From an uncultured Gemmatimonadales bacterium (lineage in GTDB: Bacteria; Gemmatimonadota; Gemmatimonadetes; Longimicrobiales; RSA9): a stretch of 64,000 bases of DNA. This document shows, one piece after another, positions 24,492 to 34,799 of this stretch. A model generated the notes under the pieces. The model searched no databases, was not told where the DNA came from, and worked only from the letters and a program-made list of their open reading frames with translations. How positions within the stretch are numbered: position 1 is the first letter of the stretch; each line of letters opens with the position of its first letter. Both the position numbers and the translations under genes were made by a program. The stretch lies in assembly GCA_963741945.1 (NCBI GenBank), contig CAVUKA010000001.1, forward strand, positions 640,001 to 704,000. Reading direction: 5' to 3'.

Positions 24492-26232
24492 TCCGCTCCA
24501 GCAGCTCGATCTCCCAGCCGGCCTCCCGGCCGTCGTTCCGCTCCACGGTCAGCTCCAGCGCGGGCGAGGGGAGCGCCTTCCCGAACTCCGGGCAGTGCCA
24601 CCCCTGCACGGGGTCCATCTCACCCTCCACGATCCGGAGCGCGTCCATCCCGAACGGCTGGATCGCGACGACGGCCGCGCCGCTCCCACCGGCGCCCACG
24701 GCGTCCCGGGTCCGCGCCAACAGCCGGCCGCCCGCCCGCTCCACCGTCCAGTCGGGGTGGAGGTGGAGGAACGACTTCAGTCGCGCGCCCGGGGCGCCGT
24801 CCACCCGGTCCGTGACGCGCCAGCGCCCGGCCCGCCCCTCAATGCGACGCACGTGCGTGGCCCGCCGGTGGTGGTACGGCCGGTAGCTCCCCTCGAAGCG
24901 GAGCTCCGCGCCGTCGAGGACCGCCCGGCCGGTGATCTTCCGGGGCCGGCGCGCCATGCGGAACGTCGCCCAGACTTCGGCCTGTTCACGGTCCCCGATC
25001 ATCACGGTATTGTGGGCCCGGGTGCTCCGGACGTACTCGCGGTACGGGTCGCCGTCGTAGCCGTGGACGCCGGCGTCCACCGCGAACCGTCGCCCGGCCA
25101 GGTCCAGCTCGAAGCTCAGCAGGTCGCAGTGGGCGTGGCCCGGCTGGTAGCGCGGCCCGGGGTCGCCCGCGTCCACCAGCAGCCGCGTCCCCGCGGCCGC
25201 GTCCACCACCCCCCAGTAGCCCGCGTCCGGCAGCGCCACCAGCCCCTCGGGCGACGGCACGCCACGCCCCAGCACGGCCCTGGCCAGCGCGTCCACGTCC
25301 GCCCGCTCCGGGGCGATCCCGTTGGCTGCGTCGTTGAACAGGTGGAGCGACCCGTCCGGCCGGGTCAGGATGCCCATGGCGTCCACCATGGCCTCCACGC
25401 GCACGGCGGCTTCCGGCGGCACCGGCCGCCCCGCCTGGCGGAACAGGGAGATCAGCTCCAGGTAGTCCGCCGTGGCAATGGCGTGGTACATGGGCGAGCG
25501 CTCGTACTGCGCGCCGTCCGGCAGCACCTGCTCGAACAGCTCCCGCCACGACCCCCGCTCCCCCTTCCGCAGCCACCGCTCCGCCGCCGGCCCCTGGAAG
25601 AACAGCCCGCCCACGGCCAGCGCCTTGAAGTTCTTCTGGAGGTGGTTGGCCAGGATGTGGTACTCCAGGCGACGCTCCAGGAACGGCAGCTGCGCCGCCA
25701 GGCTCCCTTCCAGCTCCTTCCGGGCCTCCGGCCGGACCGCGTCCCCCAGCAGGAGCAGCGCGTAGATCCAGTTGACCACGCGCAGCGGGATGGCGTACGG
25801 CTCCCACCCGTCCCCGCGCCCCGGGTCCGTCCCCCGCACCCACCCCAGCGCCAGCTCCTCGAAGCGCCGGACGTAGCGCTCCTCGCCCGTGGCCCCGAAC
25901 GCCCGCGCGAGGTCCAGGGCGTAGTCGAAGTAGTGGAGGTTGTAGCTCCACAGGTGGCTGACGTGGCGCCGCGACCAGTCGAGCTCGCCGAAGGTCTCCT
26001 CATGATTGAGGAACGCGAACCGGCCTTCGACCACCGCGTGCCCCCGCGAGGCCATGCCGAGGCAGGCAGGCACATCTAGCGGTGCGTGCGCCCTTGGTAA
26101 CGAACTGTGGGCTTTTCCATTCAACCCGGGTCGTGTTCGCCGGAGCGGCCGCAGTACTCGCCCCAGTACCTGGCCCGGACGAAGGTAACTCCCAGTTCGA
26201 AGGGCGAGGATGCTGTACCAGAGAACCCCCAC
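24481..26232 (-). CDS. Heparinase II/III family protein (start uncertain)
   Basis: LWSYNLHYFDY, WEPYAIPLR, ANHL, DGAQYERSPMYH, GHAHCDLLSFEL, RSTRAHNT. GTG 26232 lies just after the methyltransferase stop. Confidence 0.9.
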   Translation of the reverse strand: MGVLWYSILALRTGSYLRPGQVLGRVLRPLRRTRPGLNGKAHSSLPRAHAPLDVPACLGMASRGHAVVEGRFAFLNHEETFGELDWSRRHVSHLWSYNLHYFDYALDLARAFGATGEERYVRRFEELALGWVRGTDPGRGDGWEPYAIPLRVVNWIYALLLLGDAVRPEARKELEGSLAAQLPFLERRLEYHILANHLQKNFKALAVGGLFFQGPAAERWLRKGERGSWRELFEQVLPDGAQYERSPMYHAIATADYLELISLFRQAGRPVPPEAAVRVEAMVDAMGILTRPDGSLHLFNDAANGIAPERADVDALARAVLGRGVPSPEGLVALPDAGYWGVVDAAAGTRLLVDAGDPGPRYQPGHAHCDLLSFELDLAGRRFAVDAGVHGYDGDPYREYVRSTRAHNTVMIGDREQAEVWATFRMARRPRKITGRAVLDGAELRFEGSYRPYHHRRATHVRRIEGRAGRWRVTDRVDGAPGARLKSFLHLHPDWTVERAGGRLLARTRDAVGAGGSGAAVVAIQPFGMDALRIVEGEMDPVQGWHCPEFGKALPSPALELTVERNDGREAGWEIELLERNDG

Positions 26233-26237
26233 CGGAG

Positions 26238-27041
26238 TCAGCCTTCGTGCCGGCGGACTTTGCGGTAAACGGCCAGTATATTCACTCGAAAACCGCTCAA
26301 TATTTCGTAAGAGTTCACGAGACGCTCGTACAACACCCCCGCGAGGAAAGCCGGGCGCGACCACATCAGGTAGTTCGGCTTGGTCTCGATCATCTCCAGG
26401 CGCTCCTCAACGAGCCCTGCGGAGCGGGCGAGGCGCGCCAGCGTCCGGCGGCTATTGGCTCGATACGCCGTAGGGAACGTGCCGTCTGTTGCACGCCCTC
26501 GCAGACGCATGTTCAAATATTTGTGAAGAGAATTGGGCGTCGCACGCGCCAGTAATGCCACATAATGCCAGCGGTTGGGGGTCAAGACGATCATAACCCC
26601 ACGGATCTTCATTATCCGAGCGACTTCGCGCAGAGCCACGTCAGGCGCCCGCAAGTGCTCGAATACATAGCGAGAAAACACCAAATCAAAGGAACCATCG
26701 GCGAACGGAAGCTCGTTAATCGAGCCGAGTACCCGGTCGTCCAAGATCTGGTTGTGTGTGATGGCGGCGTCTAGGTCCACCCCAATTACGCGCCGCTGAG
26801 CACCCCGATAGTCCCGAGGATAGAGTCTTCCGCCTCCGCACCCGATATCCAGTATGCGAGCATCGGAGCGTAAATACTCTCGAATAGTGCTGTCGAGGCG
26901 CTGCGATTCGTCGGTGTAATTCGGATAGAATCGTTGTACCAGGCGGTCAATGCCTCGTCTCCTCGATCTACTCACGATAGGTATTGCCTCAATGGAAGAA
27001 GAACCGGGTAACCGCCGGATGGCCTTCGAGCCTGTGTTCAA
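26238..27041 (-). CDS. Class I SAM-dependent methyltransferase
   Basis: ILDIGCGGG, LPFADGSFDLV, VFEHL, LTPN. Confidence 0.88.
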   Translation of the reverse strand: MNTGSKAIRRLPGSSSIEAIPIVSRSRRRGIDRLVQRFYPNYTDESQRLDSTIREYLRSDARILDIGCGGGRLYPRDYRGAQRRVIGVDLDAAITHNQILDDRVLGSINELPFADGSFDLVFSRYVFEHLRAPDVALREVARIMKIRGVMIVLTPNRWHYVALLARATPNSLHKYLNMRLRGRATDGTFPTAYRANSRRTLARLARSAGLVEERLEMIETKPNYLMWSRPAFLAGVLYERLVNSYEILSGFRVNILAVYRKVRRHEG

Positions 27042-28123
27042 ACTGCTACAACCTCTCTATAGAACGCCTCTCCCGCCGATCTGCTCAGTCGAGATCGGAA
27101 GACCTCCTGGTTGTGGTGCCCGATTGCTCGGAGAAGGTCCCTGTTTGCGTCGAGCGTTTGAATCGCTTCAATCAGGGACGGAACGTCTCCGGGAATAATG
27201 CGATATCCGGACTTACCATCAACAATGAAGCGATCGAGTGCCCCAACTGTCGTCGCAACCACAGGAAGACCTGCTCGCATCGCCTCGATCATCACATAGG
27301 GCATGGCTTCGGAATAGCTAGGCAAAACCAAAACATCCGCAGCCAAATAGAACGCGTCGAGTTTGCCTGAGCGGACGGGGCCGGCGAACTCTATCTCGCC
27401 GTCTGAGGAATCCGCCAGCGTCTTCAATTCGGACAGTTGCGGACCATCCCCCACGATCGTGAGAAGACAACGGCAGCCACTCCGCCGCAGCTTCAAAACC
27501 GCTTCCAGCAACTCGAATACACCCTTTTCGCGGCGCACCTGTCCGACGAAAAGCAGGTGCAGAGCGGCAAATTTGCCAGGGTTCTGAATCGACCGCGTTG
27601 GAACGCTATCCATGGGAGAAAAATTCTGGTATTCGGCCGACCACACGCTGGGGAATAGAACGTCAAAGGTGGTTCGTTGCTCTTCAGTTAGAAAGTATGC
27701 GGTGGTGACACGCCGGAAGACCAGTCCCGCCGCCGAGCGGGCGAGTCTGGACTTCAGATAGCTCAACTCCTCAAACCGACCACCGTGGAAGAAGATAGAG
27801 ATCTTTCCTCCATACTTCGCGGGGAAACTAAGCAAGATCAAAAGCAGCTTCAGAAACGTTCCAGGAGAAATTGTGGCATTGACGAATACGCGCCGGTACG
27901 GCTCCTGACGAACGAGCTTGCGCAAGCGCCACAAGCGCCGCACAACCCGGAACATGCGCCAGATCCACCACCGATCGGTGGATCCATTAACTGTTCCAGG
28001 ATCAAAGGTATCGGGATCTGCAAAATGCGTTAGCACCACCACCGCCCGCATGTGCGTCACGACGCCTCCGGCGGCGGCCTTAGAAGAGGCCGACGGTCCA
28101 ATGATCAGCAGGTCCTTACGCAT
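27038..28123 (-). CDS. GT4 glycosyltransferase
   Basis: GGV, FHGG, FVGQVRREKG, LPSYSEAMPYVMIEAMRAGLPVV. Confidence 0.9.
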   Translation of the reverse strand: MRKDLLIIGPSASSKAAAGGVVTHMRAVVVLTHFADPDTFDPGTVNGSTDRWWIWRMFRVVRRLWRLRKLVRQEPYRRVFVNATISPGTFLKLLLILLSFPAKYGGKISIFFHGGRFEELSYLKSRLARSAAGLVFRRVTTAYFLTEEQRTTFDVLFPSVWSAEYQNFSPMDSVPTRSIQNPGKFAALHLLFVGQVRREKGVFELLEAVLKLRRSGCRCLLTIVGDGPQLSELKTLADSSDGEIEFAGPVRSGKLDAFYLAADVLVLPSYSEAMPYVMIEAMRAGLPVVATTVGALDRFIVDGKSGYRIIPGDVPSLIEAIQTLDANRDLLRAIGHHNQEVFRSRLSRSAGEAFYREVVAV

Positions 28124-28159
28124 CCGGCGTCGGGGAGATTGAAGCCAGCTCGTTCCACC

Positions 28160-29608
28160 TCACGAGGCCTCCAAGGGTCCTTCTGTCTGGGACATGCCCG
28201 AGGAAAAATGCGTTGGTGCTCGGCGAACGGCACTCGTGATCAGACGGACGCTCAAATGCGCGATCAAAATAGGAACGACCGCCTTCAGCAAGAGATCCTT
28301 GCAGAAGCCCCCAGCGTCAGTTCTGAAGAAAAATAGTAGCTCAGGCGCGGCCAGAGCGTACACGAGAACGATTGCCCCTGCGGAAGAGAGGTCGCGGTCT
28401 AGAGTTGATTGAAGCCACCCGACCAAGAGCCCTATGATCAAGAAAGAAAGCACTACGCCTGAAAAACCAAAGTTGAAATAAGCCTCGGCCACTGGTGAAA
28501 AGGCGAACCCGCCGCCGGCGTTCCATACTGAGCGGTACATCTCATGAACATACCATTCACTGGCGCTCAGCGGCCGATTGTCCCACAAACGCCGAGGGAT
28601 CAGCAAGGGCAAGGCTTTGAGATAGGTAGCACCGAGTTGAAACGGGATCTGTCGGGGCACTGCGTCGATAATGTCGTAGGTTGTCAAAACCGAAGCGGTC
28701 AGCTCACCGTTTCCGGGCGCATAAGATCTCCACAGGAGAGTTCGGCGCCAGTCAACATCGCTCCCGCCTCTGGAGATCCCGAGCGCGACGCTTCCCCCGA
28801 GGAGAGCAGCAGCAACGAACGCGACCCGCATCCCTCCTAGGCGCTTGCCTAGACTCTGGAGAACGACTAGTACCGAGATCACCATCGCGACAGCAGGGCC
28901 GCGCTTTTGAAAAAGCAGCGTCCACCCGAAGAACAACGCGAGTAATAGTAAGGCAGCAACTCGGAGTTTCCAGCCAATCGTTCCAGATCCAAGGCTCCAG
29001 ACCACCATCAAACCACCAGCGCCCACAAGACTGAGCCCTTCCAATGCTGGTCCGAGCCCCCGCAACTGGAGGTATCGGGCAGCGTAGCTCTTAGCACCAA
29101 CTGCCTCAATCCCACCGAGCCGGATGAGCAGTAGCGCTAGTAGTCCGGATCCGAGTAGCACCAGTGTGGCTCCGACGATTCTGACTGGGACCCGAAACCA
29201 CAGCGCCCTGAAGCGCCTACTTTCGGCTCCCCTATGTCCCCCCGATAGCCTTTGCCCCCATACGAACGAAACTAGCGCTACCCCGTGGAGCCAAATCGCA
29301 ATCTGCATTGGTCCAGACAGCAGTCCGCGAGTTCGAACAGTGTCCACCAAAGCACCAGATACGTAGGTCAGAGTGAATGGAACCGTGTATATGACGGCGC
29401 TGACGACCAGAAGTGTGTACGGGCTGAAGTATCCGAGATTGTGCGTTCGCGTCCGCCACGTCTCGTAGGCGCCCAGGATGAGCACAACTAACATCGTAAG
29501 CGGTATGCGTGCCGTGGCCGCCGCAATGGTCAGTAGACCAGAACAGCACAGCAGTACAGCCAGGTCTAACGAATTGAAGGCGAGATGCTTCGATTGGGCT
29601 TCATTCAT
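28160..29608 (-). CDS. wzy: O-antigen/capsule polymerase
   Basis: Multi-TM protein; LIPRRLWDNRP and GFAFSPVAEAYFNFG loop motifs; lies beside wzx. Confidence 0.82.
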   Translation of the reverse strand: MNEAQSKHLAFNSLDLAVLLCCSGLLTIAAATARIPLTMLVVLILGAYETWRTRTHNLGYFSPYTLLVVSAVIYTVPFTLTYVSGALVDTVRTRGLLSGPMQIAIWLHGVALVSFVWGQRLSGGHRGAESRRFRALWFRVPVRIVGATLVLLGSGLLALLLIRLGGIEAVGAKSYAARYLQLRGLGPALEGLSLVGAGGLMVVWSLGSGTIGWKLRVAALLLLALFFGWTLLFQKRGPAVAMVISVLVVLQSLGKRLGGMRVAFVAAALLGGSVALGISRGGSDVDWRRTLLWRSYAPGNGELTASVLTTYDIIDAVPRQIPFQLGATYLKALPLLIPRRLWDNRPLSASEWYVHEMYRSVWNAGGGFAFSPVAEAYFNFGFSGVVLSFLIIGLLVGWLQSTLDRDLSSAGAIVLVYALAAPELLFFFRTDAGGFCKDLLLKAVVPILIAHLSVRLITSAVRRAPTHFSSGMSQTEGPLEAS

Positions 29609-30815
29609 TGTAGTCTGGTAATTGCTGGGCTGCGGCGGGCGCACCAGAGACTCGGGATCTTAGTTGACGTAGAGAGGGAGGGCGTACGAAAAGTGCCGCC
29701 GTGAACATTATCTGCCCGATGAGCGACCCCAGTGCCGCGCCTGCGACACCGAAGTGGGCGACCAGGAAGGGAGCTGAAACGACTAATCCAGCCAACCCGA
29801 ACACCTGTGCCCGCGTGCCGGGCGCAGCATCACCCTCGCCGTAGTACCGGTGTACCCGTACCAATCCCACCGCCTGAACCGATACCGCGAACATCATTAT
29901 GACGAGCGCCGACGCTCCGGCGGCGTATTCGGGCCCGAACACAGTGCTAAGTAGTAGCCTCCCTGCCCCCGCTGCCACGACTATCGCCCCAACTCCAATG
30001 AGGACCACGGCATAGTATGCATGGCGGTCACCTGAAGAAGTCGCAGCTGGCGCGGCCGATCTTCCCAACACCACTTGGCTCAGCGCGTTCGGTACATAGA
30101 GGAAAGCCTCTGAAAGCGCCAACAACACAGAGTAAACACCCACATTTGCAGGCTGCAGCATCGCCGCCACTACATACAACGTATAGCGGAGATTCAGCGC
30201 CCGTGCTATACTCCCGCCTAGACTTCGAAGTCCGAACCTCATTTGCAGACGGAATACCGCCCGATCCCAACGAAGAGGCACAGGGCGAAGGAAAATAGCG
30301 TATGTGAATGCCGTCACGCCTATGATCGCTGTCCACACCAGAAGCAGCATTTCATAGGAATACTGTGTGGCCACTGCGGCCCCTAGAAGCCATAGCCCCC
30401 CCCAAAGCGCCTGAATGGCGCTAATCAGGCGGAACCGTTGTGACCCTTGAGCGATAGAGCGCAGCAATTGCGCAAAAACGAACACGCTGCCGCAGAAGGC
30501 CAGAATTGCCATGGCCAGAAATGGAGAAACGCCCATGAGGACCTGCGGGAAAGCCACGCTGAAGCCAAAGGCCGTGATCGGTCCTATCATTAAGGCGAGG
30601 GTGCTCAGCAACAGGCTGTTGAACGCCACAGCGCCTGCGGAGGCTGGGTTGCGTCCCACAACGTGGGCGTTTGAGTACTCGAAGCCGAAGGAAAAGACAG
30701 CACCGACCAAACCCATGTACGCGATCGCCAAGCCGAACGCGCCCTGAACAGCGGGGCCGAACGAACGAGCGATTAGCCAAACGCCCACCGCCTTCGCTGC
30801 ACCAAAGGCCACCAT
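29601..30815 (-). CDS. wzx: Oligosaccharide flippase
   Basis: About 12 TM; ARSFGPAVQG, VGVYS, VFGPEY, HFGVAGAA. Confidence 0.85.
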   Translation of the reverse strand: MVAFGAAKAVGVWLIARSFGPAVQGAFGLAIAYMGLVGAVFSFGFEYSNAHVVGRNPASAGAVAFNSLLLSTLALMIGPITAFGFSVAFPQVLMGVSPFLAMAILAFCGSVFVFAQLLRSIAQGSQRFRLISAIQALWGGLWLLGAAVATQYSYEMLLLVWTAIIGVTAFTYAIFLRPVPLRWDRAVFRLQMRFGLRSLGGSIARALNLRYTLYVVAAMLQPANVGVYSVLLALSEAFLYVPNALSQVVLGRSAAPAATSSGDRHAYYAVVLIGVGAIVVAAGAGRLLLSTVFGPEYAAGASALVIMMFAVSVQAVGLVRVHRYYGEGDAAPGTRAQVFGLAGLVVSAPFLVAHFGVAGAALGSLIGQIMFTAALFVRPPSLRQLRSRVSGAPAAAQQLPDYNE

Positions 30816-31172
30816 TCCCAGGAGGAGGGTGCGCTTTCCGACAACGCTGGTCTGTTTGTGAGCACTGTCAAGCGCCGCATCTCGTCACGAACTTGGTTTG
30901 GCTTCAGTCGGTATAATTTCCGCCGCGGACCCCAAGCACTATTACGGGGTGCCCCGGTCACGCGGCGGATGGCGGTGCGCCACGGCCAGGCCCGCCGCAC
31001 TTCTGCGTTGACGTCGAGGGCCTAACTCGCGCCGGGCTCGCGGTACTTCTTGTACGCGACCGCACAGCGCCGTGGCGTCGCGGGACCAGGAAATCGAGCA
31101 CCAGTTAGCGCCCGGATTGTCGTTCTGCATTGAAAATGGGTGTTCCGGTCGTGGTTGGTGCGTGTGCAGCGC

Positions 31173-32022
31173 TCAGGCGCTGAGGACGACCGAGCGCCGC
31201 TCTCCCGACTCGGCGTTGCGCCCGCACAGTTCCCCGCACCGCGCGCTCAGCAGGTCCATCCGCTCCCGCAGCGCGGCCGCCAGGATGTGGGCGATGCGCT
31301 CGGTGCTGTTCGGGTGCAGCCCGTCGCCAATGGGAACGCGGAGGCGGAGCACCAGCGGGTCGCCTGGGCAGGCGCGGTCGCAGAGGGGAAGTCCAGCTTC
31401 CACACGGTCCCGGGGGCGCCGAACACGTCGTCGCTGGCGGCGGCCGCCGTGGTGACCTCCATGTGCACGAGCCCGAAGCCGGGCGCGGCATCGGCGAGGA
31501 CCGCCTGGACCCGCTCGAGGTCCGGCGCCACCTGGAGCACGCGGGCCAGGTCGTGGGCCGCGATCTTGTCGCGAATCACCGCCCTCGCCCGTCGCGGCCC
31601 GGACGCCACCACCTTGCCGGCCAGCAGGAACTCGTCGTAGCCGAGGCCGCGCATGCCGGCGACGACCACGGCGATGGAAGCGATGCCGCCGAGGCCGGCG
31701 ATGAGCGAGAGCTCCCGCGGCGGGGAGAAGCCCAGGAGGATGCCGAGGCCGGCGAACGCGGCGGCGAACACGTACAGGACGAGCACGGCGTCGCGGTGGG
31801 TGAACCCGCGGGCCACGAGCTGGTGGTGGATGTGGCGCGCGTCCGCGCGGGACATGGGAAGGCCGAGCAGCCATCGGCGGCCCATGGCGACGCCCGTGTC
31901 CAGGAGCGGGATGGCCAGGGCGAACAGCGGGACGGCCACGAGCACGGCGGTGGAGCTCTTCATGGAGCCGTGGACGGAGAGCACCGCCAGGCTGAAGCCG
32001 ATGAAGAGGCTGCCGGAATCGC
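31173..32022 (-). pseudogene. Diverged partial (3' half) copy of the wecA/MraY-family gene
   Basis: GDSGSLFIGFSL...ERRSVVLSA* parallels 33173-34024. It has no 5' half and a frameshift in a C run near 31385. Confidence 0.85.
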
Positions 32023-33176
32023 CGCCTCGTGGTCGCGCCGGGACACGGTTGCCGCGGCGAGCCGCTCCACGATCCGGACTGCGGCGGCCCCGTCCCACCC
32101 TTTCGGGCGGCGCCCCGGTCGGCATTCTGCCCCGCCCGCCCCTTCCAGTGCCGCGGCCACGACGCCGCCCACCGTGAGCGGCCAGGGCGCCAGCCGGTTC
32201 GTTCCCTCCTTGATCGTGATCGGGCGCTCCGTCTGCTCCCGGAGCGTCACGCAGGGGACGCCCAGCGCGGTGGTCTCCTCCTGCAGCCCGCCGGAGTCGG
32301 TCAGCACGACGGCCGCGCCGTCGATGAGCGGAGAGCATCTCGCGGTAGCCCAGCGGCTCCACCACCCGGAGCCGCCCCAGCAGCCCGTCGAGCCCGAACG
32401 CTCCGCGTTCTTTCGCGTCCGCGGGTGGATCGGGAAGAGCACGGGCATCTGCTCGTGCACTCGGGCCAGCGCCCGCAGCACCGTCCGGAGCGACTCCGGG
32501 TCGTCCACGTTGGACGGGCGGTGCAGCGGTGGCGACCGCGTAGGTGCCCCGCTCCAGCCCGAGCCGGCCGGGCACGTCCAGCGCGCGGGCGTGGGGGAGC
32601 TGGTGCAGGAGCGTGTCGATCATGACGTTGCCCACGAACGCGATCCGCTCCCGCGCGATCCCCTCGGCGAGCAGGTTGGGCTCCGCGTCGCGGCTCGGGG
32701 TGAGCAGCAGGTCGCGACAGGCGGTCCGTGAGCACCCGGTTGACCTCCTCCGGCATGCGCCAGTCGCCGCTGCGCAGCCCCGCCTCCACGTGGGCCACGC
32801 GGCACCCCAGCTCCTGCTTCAGCTTGGCGGCCACCAGCGCGCAGGCGAGGGTGCTGTTCACGTCGCCCACCACCACCACCCAGTCGGGGCGGACGTCCCG
32901 GAGCACGGGCTCGAACGCCTCCATGACCCGCGCCGTCTGCACCGCGTGCGTCCCGGAGCCCACGCCCAGGTGGTGGTCGGGCTCCGGGAGCTCCAGGTCG
33001 CGGAAGAAGGCGTCAGACATGCGGGCGTCGTAGTGCTGCCCCGTGTGGACCAGCACACCCTCGTGCCCGGCGAGGCGGAGCGCCCGGAGGATCGGAGCGA
33101 CCTTCATGAAGTTGGGCCGCGCGCCGGCCACCACCAGGGCCCGCAGCGCTTCGCCTCCGTTCACGCGGTCGGTCAT
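32023..33176 (-). CDS. wecB: UDP-N-acetylglucosamine 2-epimerase with at least 4 frameshifts (sequencing error or pseudogene)
   Basis: GARPNFMK, HTGQHYD, HVEAGLRS, MPEEVNR, GNVMID, HRPSNVD, TDSGGLQEE and TERP are spread over different frames (shifts near 32715, 32530, 32400, 32335). Confidence 0.88.
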
Positions 33177-34684
33177 GCGCTGAGCACGGCGGATGCCCGC
33201 TCGTCCGGCTGCACCGGTTCCTGACCGCAGAGACCCCCGCACGGGGCGGTCAGCAGGTCCATACGCTGCCGCAGCGCATCACCGAGAATGTGCGCCACGC
33301 GCTCGGTGCTCCGCGGGTGCATGCCATCGGAAATTGGCGCGCGGAGGCGCAGCACCAGGGGGTCGAAGGGGCACTGGGACTCGCAGAGCGGGAAGTCCAG
33401 CTTCCACACCGTTCCCGCCGGCGCGCGTGGTCCCCCGTGGGCACTCTCCGCGGTCACTTCCATGTGGAGGAGACCGAAAATCGGGGCGGCGTCGGCGAGC
33501 GCCGCCTGGATCTCCTCGCGGTCCCGGGCGGCCACGAGAACGCCGGCCAGGTCGCGCGCCGCAAGCTTGTCACGGATGACCCGCCGCGCGCGGAGCGGTC
33601 CGGAAGCGAGCACCTTCCCGGCCAGCATGAACTCGTCGTAGCCCAGCCCGCGCATTCCTGCGACCACGACGCCAATGGACGCCAGGCCCGCCGCCACGGC
33701 GATGAGGCGGAGCTCGGGGGGCGGGGCGAACGCCAGCAGGATCCCGAGTCCGGCGAACAGGGCGGCCGCCGTGTACAGCACGAGGACGGCATCGCGGTGG
33801 CGCATCCCCAGCGCCAGGAGGCGGTGGTGGATATGGCGCGCGTCCGCCTGCGAGAGCGGGAGGCCGCGCAGCCAGCGGCGCGCCATCGCCACGGCGGTGT
33901 CCAGCAACGGTATGGCGAGGGCGAAGAGGGGGACGGCCACGAGGACTGCCGTCGAGCTCTTCGTCGACCCGTGCACGGACAGCACCGCCAGGCTGAAGCC
34001 AATGAACAGGCTGCCCGAATCGCCCAGGAAGATGCGGGCGGGGTTGAAATTCCACGGCAGGAACCCGGCCAGCGCGCCGAACAGGACGGCCGCCACGAGC
34101 ACGACGTCGGCGTTGCCCAGCGCGGCGGCCGCGGCGATCGTCGCCCCGAACGCCACCAGCCCCAGCCCGGTGGCCAGCCCGTCCATCCCGTCCACCAGGT
34201 TGTACGCGTTCGTCACGCCCACCACCCAGAGCACGGTCAGCGGCAGCGACACCCACGGCACCAGCAGCTCCCCGCCGCCGAGGCTCAGATGCTCGATCTG
34301 GAAGCCGAGCCCGTACACCACCACCGCCGCCGTCACCTGCGCCACCAGCTTCACCAGCGGACGAAGGCCCCGGAGGTCGTCCACGAGCCCGGCGCCGAAC
34401 ACGATCACACCACCCACCGCGAGGCCCGCCAGCACCCGCGCCGGTGGCGTCCACGCGGCCCCGGACGAAAGCAGAGGACCGGCCGCGGCCGCGGCCGCCA
34501 CGAGCGCGGCGAAGACCCCGATCACAACGGCCACCCCGCCCACCCGCGGCACCGGGCGCGTGTGGATCCGCCGTTCGCCCGGCATGCAGAACAGCGCCCG
34601 CGCCCGGGCGAACCGGATTACGAGGGGGGTGGCCGCCGCGGTGGCGGCGGCCGCAACCAGCGCGGCCAGCAGCGGTAGGCTCAT
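33173..34684 (-). CDS. wecA: Undecaprenyl-phosphate alpha-GlcNAc-1-phosphate transferase (MraY/WecA family) with C-terminal extension
   Basis: RRIHTRPVPRVGG, GLVDD, NAYNLVDGMDGL, NFNPARIFLGDSGS, ADARHIHHRL. Confidence 0.92.
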   Translation of the reverse strand: MSLPLLAALVAAAATAAATPLVIRFARARALFCMPGERRIHTRPVPRVGGVAVVIGVFAALVAAAAAAGPLLSSGAAWTPPARVLAGLAVGGVIVFGAGLVDDLRGLRPLVKLVAQVTAAVVVYGLGFQIEHLSLGGGELLVPWVSLPLTVLWVVGVTNAYNLVDGMDGLATGLGLVAFGATIAAAAALGNADVVLVAAVLFGALAGFLPWNFNPARIFLGDSGSLFIGFSLAVLSVHGSTKSSTAVLVAVPLFALAIPLLDTAVAMARRWLRGLPLSQADARHIHHRLLALGMRHRDAVLVLYTAAALFAGLGILLAFAPPPELRLIAVAAGLASIGVVVAGMRGLGYDEFMLAGKVLASGPLRARRVIRDKLAARDLAGVLVAARDREEIQAALADAAPIFGLLHMEVTAESAHGGPRAPAGTVWKLDFPLCESQCPFDPLVLRLRAPISDGMHPRSTERVAHILGDALRQRMDLLTAPCGGLCGQEPVQPDERASAVLSA

Positions 34685-34799
34685 CGGTCTTTCGGCTTCG
34701 GGATGGTGCGGACGGGCGAACGCGGGAGAAGCTGCAGCGGAGCGGCGGGGGCGCGCCCGAAAAGCGTCAAACAGGCGTCAAAGCACCGCGGACATGCCG

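Noticed and set aside
30912..30917. Perfect TATAAT on the plus strand
   Set aside because: No matching -35, no downstream plus-strand gene, and it lies in A/T-richer DNA where chance matches are likely.
31247..32635. Novel WecB-WecA fusion protein (462 aa)
   Set aside because: The ORF is a patchwork of in-frame and out-of-frame wecB segments joined to a partial wecA, so it is not a credible functional fusion.
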